From: an uncultured Pelagibacteraceae bacterium
GTDB lineage: Bacteria; Pseudomonadota; Alphaproteobacteria; Pelagibacterales; Pelagibacteraceae
Direction: 5' to 3'
Assembly: GCA_902578105.1 (NCBI GenBank)
Contig: CACHBQ010000003.1
Location: forward strand, 3,492-67,491
Length of the DNA stretch: 64,000 nucleotides
Both the position numbers and the translations under genes were made by a program. Numbering within the stretch: the first letter of the stretch is position 1; every line of letters begins with the position of its first letter. Below are positions 58,206-64,000 of this stretch, one piece after another. Under the pieces are notes generated by a model. It was not told the origin of the DNA, did no database searches, and saw nothing but the letters and a program-made list of their open reading frames with translations.

Positions 58206-59024
58206 TTAATTTAAATTAATCAAAAAAGAGTTTAGTGCTTTTACAAGACTCTCGTCATACTCCATCATATGATTGTCATATTTGGTAAAATACGAATATT
58301 TGGGTTCATTAGCTATCTCAAACATCTTTTTACCCATCTCAAAAGGAACAATTTGATCTTTTTCACCATGCATTATCAAAATTGGAGATTTAATATTTTT
58401 AATTTTGTTTTTATTTTCAAATTTATCTTTGAGTAAAAGACCAACAGGTATATATGGATAAAATTTTTTAGCCGCATCAATCATTGATGTGAATGGAGTT
58501 TCTAAAATAACACCTGCAAACTCTTTGTTCTGGGATAAATGTGTTGCAACTCCTGTTCCTAATGATTCTCCATAAATTACTATATTTTTTTCATCTACAC
58601 CTTTTTTTACCAACCATTTAATTGCACTTTCACCATCCTCATATAACCCAGACTCTGATGGTTTACCCTCGTTACCACTAAAACCTCTCCAAGCAATTAT
58701 TAAAAAATTAACACTCATGTCTCTAAAATGATTTAATTTATGAATTCTATTTTCTAAAGATCCAGCATTTCCATGAAAAAATAGAATTGTTTTATTTTTT
58801 TTTATATCTTTTTCATGATACCAACCCAATAAATCTAATCCATCTTGGGTTGGGACTTTTACTTTTTCAATATAAACTGAGAGTTTGTCATCAAAATAAT
58901 TATTTTCATCAGGATGATACATTAAGTTCCTTTGATAAAAATAAAGAAATACTAAGAGAAATAGGTAAACTAAAATTGTTAGTTGTAAAAATAATAACAA
59001 ACTATTCCTAAACCTTTTTAACAT
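58206..59024 (-). CDS. Membrane-anchored alpha/beta hydrolase (BEM46/ABHD13-like)
   Basis: N-terminal TM, FHGNAG, YGESLG, HGEKDQIVP, H near C-terminus. Confidence 0.88.
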   Translation of the reverse strand: MLKRFRNSLLLFLQLTILVYLFLLVFLYFYQRNLMYHPDENNYFDDKLSVYIEKVKVPTQDGLDLLGWYHEKDIKKNKTILFFHGNAGSLENRIHKLNHFRDMSVNFLIIAWRGFSGNEGKPSESGLYEDGESAIKWLVKKGVDEKNIVIYGESLGTGVATHLSQNKEFAGVILETPFTSMIDAAKKFYPYIPVGLLLKDKFENKNKIKNIKSPILIMHGEKDQIVPFEMGKKMFEIANEPKYSYFTKYDNHMMEYDESLVKALNSFLINLN

Positions 59025-59913
59025 TATTTTTCTTTGCTAAATATACGCCAAAAAATACCAGAATAGTCCCAATAATATGGTAATTTTCAAATTTTTCGTC
59101 AAATAAAAAGTATCCATAAATTGCACCGTAAACTGTAAAAACATAAAGTGTAAAGCCGGTTAAAGATGCACCTAATTTTTTTTGAGCTATAGTATAAAGT
59201 GTAAAGGCAATTATCCCTGGCGATATAGCAGCAAAAATCACCCATAAATAAAATTCTGTTACAAAAATAGTCTCTTTATAAAATAATTCCTCACCAACAT
59301 AAAAGGGTAACAAACTTAAAGCACCAAAAAAGGAAATCATAGCAAATCTATCGAAAATTTTTAATTTTGATTTCCAATAAAATAAATAAATAGAATATAA
59401 AGCCCAACCAACTGCAGCAGCTAACATCCATAAATCACCAATTGTAAATCTAAGATTAATTAATAAATCAATATCACCTTTAATAATAATGACAAAAACA
59501 CCAATCAAACAAGCAATTAAACCAATTACCTTTGTCAAATTTATTTTTTCTTGAAAAAAGAAATATGAAATCAAAATAATAAAAACTGGAGAGGATGTAT
59601 AAATTATTCCCATATTAGTTACAGTTGTTGTCTCACCAGCTAAAAAAGGGAAAGCGCCACATACACCACACCCCATTGACCCCAAAAAAAATAATTTTTT
59701 ATATTCCTTTTTAATTATATGAAAATTATTTTTTAAAGTTACATAAGTAAATGGTAATAAAATCAAAAAAACCACTGTCCAACGCCAAAATGCAAGTGAA
59801 ATAGGCGGGACAAATTCAACACCACCTCTAGCAACAACTAAGTTACTAGCCATAAAGATTGGTTGTATAAATAGTAATGATAATGGAAATATATCTGTCT
59901 TAATATTTTTCAA
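59008..59913 (-). CDS. DMT/EamA family transporter
   Basis: ~10 TM, PISLAFWRW, two EamA-like halves, GDLWML; TTG start. Confidence 0.88.
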   Translation of the reverse strand: MKNIKTDIFPLSLLFIQPIFMASNLVVARGGVEFVPPISLAFWRWTVVFLILLPFTYVTLKNNFHIIKKEYKKLFFLGSMGCGVCGAFPFLAGETTTVTNMGIIYTSSPVFIILISYFFFQEKINLTKVIGLIACLIGVFVIIIKGDIDLLINLRFTIGDLWMLAAAVGWALYSIYLFYWKSKLKIFDRFAMISFFGALSLLPFYVGEELFYKETIFVTEFYLWVIFAAISPGIIAFTLYTIAQKKLGASLTGFTLYVFTVYGAIYGYFLFDEKFENYHIIGTILVFFGVYLAKKNNVKKV

Positions 59914-59924
59914 TTTAATTGATA

Positions 59925-60101
59925 TTAATCTTTATCAAAAAAGGCTTCATATATCATCATGATGATAGCTGCACCCATTAAGAGATAAACCGGAATAACA
60001 TCCAAGAAGCCTATCATCATTGATCTTGTCAAAGTTGTAGCTAAACCAATTAAAAAGAAAACTGCAAAAGATAATCCTATGATTGTAGTAATTTTATTCA
60101 T
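59925..60101 (-). CDS. Small membrane protein, 58 aa (not in ORF track)
   Basis: Manual translation MNKITTIIGLSFAVFFLIGLATTLTRSMMIGFLDVIPVYLLMGAAIIMMIYEAFFDKD; ATG 1 bp after amidase stop; fills the gap between amidase and DMT genes. Confidence 0.75.
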   Translation of the reverse strand: MNKITTIIGLSFAVFFLIGLATTLTRSMMIGFLDVIPVYLLMGAAIIMMIYEAFFDKD

Positions 60102-60102
60102 T

Positions 60103-61431
60103 TTATTCCTGACATTCTTTTTCTAACCAATTAGCAACTCCTAGAAATCTATGATCATCATATTTATTGCCAATTAATTGAACGCCTAATGGTAAATTAT
60201 TTTCTCCTTCAAGTAAAGGTAACGAAATACATGGTGTGCCAAGATAAGACCAAACTTTATTAAATTCTGCTGTTCCTGTACTTTTTAAACCCTTTGGTGC
60301 AACACCCGGGCTAGCTGGTGACAAAACTCCATGATAATCCTCAAAAACTTCCTCGTAAGACTCATAGCCTCTTTTCATAAAATCAATAGCTTCTGCGTAT
60401 TCTTTCGCGGAATGTTTATTACCTTTTGTAATTGCATCTTGCATATACTTCGATAATTTCTTTTTAAATTTTTTAAAATACACTGAAAAATTATTGGCTA
60501 AATCAGTCTCATGAATAATTTGGTGATACTTGTGAATATCCTTAAAATAAGAAGGTGTATCAAAAATCTCGATATTTTTTTTGAATGAATTAATAAAATA
60601 TTCAAATGACTCTCTAGACTTTTTATCTATTAATTTCCAATGTTCAGTTTTATAAAAAATAAATTTAGGATCAAATAAAGGTCCTTTTTTTGTCTCAGAT
60701 AAAATATTTTCCGTTGAGTAATGTATAGTTGCTGGATCAAATTTATCTTTTTTTATCAATACTTTTGCCAACATAGCCACATCCTCAACTTTTCGGCCAA
60801 AGATTCCTATATGATCTAGATTGTAAGAAGTTCTTAAAACACCATTTCTAGATATCAAACCATAACTAGGTTTATAACCCACAACTCCACAATAGGATGC
60901 TGGTCTAATAATGGATCCTCCAGTTTGTGATCCAATTGATGCAGGTGCCATAAACGAAGCCACTGAAGCAGCTGATCCGCTTGAAGAACCACCTGGTGTT
61001 CTTGTTTTATCATGTGGATTTGTGGTTGCCGGGGGTCCTAAATAAGCAAGTTCTGAGGTTGCTGTTTTACCCATTACAATCGCTCCAGATGCATGAAGCA
61101 GATCAATTATTTCAGCATTTTGTGAATATGATTTACCTTTTCTAATAACTGTTCCACATTCGGTCGGCATATCAACTGTCCCAATAATGTCTTTAACCGC
61201 AATAGGCACTCCATGAAGTGGACCAATTGGTTTACCAGATCTTCTATGATCGTCAGCTTCTGCAGCTTTTTCTAATAAAACTTTTTTGTCAAAATGGGCC
61301 CAAGCCTTTATATCTTTGTCAAATTTATTGATTCTCTCGATATACTTTTCACAAACATCAACAGAAGTGAGTTGAGCATCTTTAATCTTTGCAGCAAGTT
61401 CTTCAAGACTTAAAGAAAATATATCTGTCAT
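60103..61431 (-). CDS. Amidase signature family protein
   Basis: GVPIAVKD, GKT, TPGGSSSGS, GSQTGGSIIRPASYCG, LPLGVQ. Confidence 0.92.
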   Translation of the reverse strand: MTDIFSLSLEELAAKIKDAQLTSVDVCEKYIERINKFDKDIKAWAHFDKKVLLEKAAEADDHRRSGKPIGPLHGVPIAVKDIIGTVDMPTECGTVIRKGKSYSQNAEIIDLLHASGAIVMGKTATSELAYLGPPATTNPHDKTRTPGGSSSGSAASVASFMAPASIGSQTGGSIIRPASYCGVVGYKPSYGLISRNGVLRTSYNLDHIGIFGRKVEDVAMLAKVLIKKDKFDPATIHYSTENILSETKKGPLFDPKFIFYKTEHWKLIDKKSRESFEYFINSFKKNIEIFDTPSYFKDIHKYHQIIHETDLANNFSVYFKKFKKKLSKYMQDAITKGNKHSAKEYAEAIDFMKRGYESYEEVFEDYHGVLSPASPGVAPKGLKSTGTAEFNKVWSYLGTPCISLPLLEGENNLPLGVQLIGNKYDDHRFLGVANWLEKECQE

Positions 61432-61437
61432 CTAAAA

Positions 61438-62799
61438 TTAATTTGCAAATAATGTCTCTGGTAACCAAAGTGCTATACCTGGAAATAAATACATTAGAAC
61501 CATAGCTAAAATCACAATACCTAAAAATGGCATTATTCCTCCAAAGATCTGCATCAATTCAACATTCTTTGATTGAACTCCCTTTAGGTAGTAAGCAGAC
61601 ATTGCCATGGGGGGTGTCAAAAATGAGGTTTGTAAATTTAGAGCAATCAACATTGCAAAGAAATACGGATTTACTCCAAAAAATTCGACTAATGGTAAAA
61701 ATATTGGTACAAAAATAATTAATATCTCCGTCCACTCCAATGGCCAACCTAATAAAAATATAATCAATTGTGTAATTACTAAAAATTGCCAAGGCTGTAA
61801 ATTTAGAGATTTAAAGAAATGTTCGAAAACCTCGTGGCCTCCAAGATAAGAAAATACAGAAGCAAATGTCCACGATCCTATGAAAAGCCACATGATCATT
61901 GCAGTTGTTTTAGCTGTCAAAAAGACAGACTCTTTAAAATTTTTCCACTTAAGGGTTTTGTAAAAATATGAAAGCACCAACGATCCAAATGCACCGACGG
62001 CTGCAGCTTCAGCAGGTGTTGCTATTCCAGCTAAAATTGTACCTAGAACTAAAATTATCAATGAAAATAAAGGTAAGAAGGAGACAAGAACCTCTTTAAG
62101 AATTACTGCAGTAGGAGGTATTTCCTCAGCTGCAGGTTTTGGCGCTATTGATGGATTTAACCAAGCTCTGAACACTGCGTATGCAATGTAAAGTCCCGCT
62201 AACATCAATCCTGGAAAAATAGCAGCTGCAAATAACCTTAGTGGTGATAGTTGAGCAATTACAGAGTAAACGATCAACATAATACTAGGTGGAATTAAAA
62301 TTCCTAAACATCCACCTGAACAAATTATTCCAGATGCAAATTTTTTATCATAACCAGCTTTAATCATAGCAGGCCATGCTAGTAATCCCATTAAAGTAAC
62401 AACTGCACCTATAATACCTGTTGCTGTTGAAAATAGGGCACAAGTAATCAGTGCTGCAACTGCCATTGATGCAGGAAGCTTATGAGATGCTAATCTAATT
62501 GCAAAAAATAGTTTTGCTACAATACCTGCTCTTTCAACTAAATATCCCATGAATAAAAAGAGTGGGACAGCAGTAAGGACATTATTATCCATAACAGTGT
62601 AGGTGTTTTGAACAAAAAGTTGGAATATCCTATTATCAAAAAGATGTTCCATCTTAGTTGGATCAAAGTAAGCATAATATCCAAAACCTAGTCCCATCGC
62701 CATTAAAGTAAAGGCAATCGGAAAACCTAATAGTACGGCAAATAAAAATATACCCATCATCATAATTGCCACTTCAGGATTTGTCAGACTAAATAACAT
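61438..62799 (-). CDS. TRAP transporter large permease DctM
   Basis: AVPLFLFMG, GILIPPS, TPAEAAA, FLTPP. Confidence 0.94.
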   Translation of the reverse strand: MLFSLTNPEVAIMMMGIFLFAVLLGFPIAFTLMAMGLGFGYYAYFDPTKMEHLFDNRIFQLFVQNTYTVMDNNVLTAVPLFLFMGYLVERAGIVAKLFFAIRLASHKLPASMAVAALITCALFSTATGIIGAVVTLMGLLAWPAMIKAGYDKKFASGIICSGGCLGILIPPSIMLIVYSVIAQLSPLRLFAAAIFPGLMLAGLYIAYAVFRAWLNPSIAPKPAAEEIPPTAVILKEVLVSFLPLFSLIILVLGTILAGIATPAEAAAVGAFGSLVLSYFYKTLKWKNFKESVFLTAKTTAMIMWLFIGSWTFASVFSYLGGHEVFEHFFKSLNLQPWQFLVITQLIIFLLGWPLEWTEILIIFVPIFLPLVEFFGVNPYFFAMLIALNLQTSFLTPPMAMSAYYLKGVQSKNVELMQIFGGIMPFLGIVILAMVLMYLFPGIALWLPETLFAN

Positions 62800-63382
62800 C
62801 TTCTTTATTTCCTTCTTGTGAAGTTCTCATTAATACTTTTTCAGTTTCTTCGGCATCACGCTCTGTTCCTCTTTCTGGCCAACTACCAGTTTTAATACAT
62901 ATAATACATCTGAACACTTCACCTATTCCCTGAAGGGTTAACAGACTTCCAGATAAAGGTATTAAAGATTTCGCCATATAAATTTGAATTTGAGCTGGAC
63001 TATTCCAACTTGTTTCTTTTATTTTCCAAGCTAGCGCAGCATACTCGTAACCATAAAAGGCTAATGCAATTACACCAGGGAAAAAGAAAATAAAATATAA
63101 AACTATATCTATCCAAGCTTGTACTCTTTGAGAAAATAATCTGTAAATGACGTCTCCTCTTACATGTGCTTCGGTACACAAAGTATATGCACCAGCCATC
63201 ATAAAAATTGCACCATACATTTGGAGGCTAAAATCGAAATTCCATAAAGTTGGTGCATTTAAAGCATATGCCATAAAAACTTCATAGCACGTTCCACCCA
63301 TTAAAATTACAATACACCAGGAAAATGCTTTACCCATTGAGACGCTTAATCGGTCGGCAAATTTTATATAAGATCTCATCAT
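62789..63382 (-). CDS. TRAP transporter small permease DctQ
   Basis: 4 TM, APTLW, HVRGDVIY; between SBP and DctM. Confidence 0.92.
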   Translation of the reverse strand: MMRSYIKFADRLSVSMGKAFSWCIVILMGGTCYEVFMAYALNAPTLWNFDFSLQMYGAIFMMAGAYTLCTEAHVRGDVIYRLFSQRVQAWIDIVLYFIFFFPGVIALAFYGYEYAALAWKIKETSWNSPAQIQIYMAKSLIPLSGSLLTLQGIGEVFRCIICIKTGSWPERGTERDAEETEKVLMRTSQEGNKEDVI

Positions 63383-63420
63383 AGATATAGACTCTTATTG
63401 AATTGTTTTGAATTAATCAA

Positions 63421-63444
63421 ATAAAAAGGGGGCCGAGGCCCCCT
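63421..63444 (-). terminator. Intrinsic terminator-like hairpin after TRAP SBP gene
   Basis: Minus strand GGGGGC-CUCG-GCCCCC followed by UUUUUAU. Confidence 0.85.
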
Positions 63445-63467
63445 CATTAAAATTTATGAAAAGTTAA

Positions 63468-64000
63468 TTATAACTTAACTTTTGCTATTGGACCAAACTC
63501 ATTTTCATACGCAAGTTTGTAATTCGGCTGATTCATCAGCAAGTATTTCATTACTCTCTTCGCATACGCTTTCTGAGAATCCACGATTTTCTTAAAGAAA
63601 GGATCTTTCTTGTTGAAATCACCGATTACCTTATCCCAACCTTTTAATTGTTGAGCTAAGATTTCATCAGAAGTTTGGTAAACATTTACTTTATGCTCAT
63701 TCATTAACTTAGCTAAGTCAGCTGAGTATCTTACTAAAGCTTTAAAGTAGTTATCACTGTTTGCAGCATAAGCAGCATTTTTCAATATTGCTTGGTGTGC
63801 AGGTGATAAACTATTATATGTTTTTTTGTTAACTGGTATTTCAAACATCTCTTGAGATTGGTGGAAGCTTCCTAAGTGATAGTGCTTAGAAACATCTTGC
63901 ATACCAAACTGAGAGTCTGAAGTAGGGTTGTTAAACTCAGCAGCTTCAATTAAACCAGTTTTCATCGCTGGTTGAATTTCACCACCTGGTAATTGTCTAA
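63468..64000 (-). CDS. TRAP substrate-binding protein (DctP/TakP-like), 3' part
   Basis: Frame open past window end: RQLPGGEIQPAMKTGLIEAAEF; long C-terminal helix; ORF-track start 63965 is internal. Confidence 0.9.
   Translation of the reverse strand, partial: RQLPGGEIQPAMKTGLIEAAEFNNPTSDSQFGMQDVSKHYHLGSFHQSQEMFEIPVNKKTYNSLSPAHQAILKNAAYAANSDNYFKALVRYSADLAKLMNEHKVNVYQTSDEILAQQLKGWDKVIGDFNKKDPFFKKIVDSQKAYAKRVMKYLLMNQPNYKLAYENEFGPIAKVKL

Noticed and set aside
60103-61431. Amidase as GatA
   Set aside because: No gatC/gatB adjacent; lacks GatA-type DEFAMGS and SDTGGS (has SELAYLG and SQTGGS)

Overview
Gene-dense, very AT-rich alphaproteobacterial chromosome segment with tiny intergenic gaps, almost certainly Pelagibacterales (SAR11). 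The evidence is a 369-aa Pelagibacter-type DmdA, class I LysRS, a SAM-II riboswitch before metX and an ffh leader RNA. Core content: polA start, bioY, regA, a decarboxylase/DHS-like/agmatinase polyamine operon, pyrD-lysS, trkH-ampG-NlpC/P60, hisC-tyrA, metXW, rplU-rpmA-obg-proBA-nadD-rsfS-ctpA-rppH. A ~33 kb minus-strand run follows (ffh, rpsP-trmD-rplS, leuCDB, dmdC-dmdB-hydrolase-dmdA, asd, sdhCDAB, mmsA, mdh-sucCDAB-lpd, priA, atpHAGDC), then dapF-ftsY and a TRAP/amidase/DMT cluster. No tRNA, rRNA, CRISPR, IS or prophage was seen. Best leads: (1) both canonical heme-b axial histidines of SdhC/SdhD are replaced while the quinone site is kept, suggesting a heme-free complex II. (2) An alpha/beta hydrolase inside the dmd cluster plus mmsA inside the TCA operon could form a DmdD-free end of DMSP catabolism. 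(3) A DHS-like polyamine route. (4) A 58-aa membrane protein missing from the ORF track in the TRAP-amidase operon. All calls come from motif recognition without database searches.
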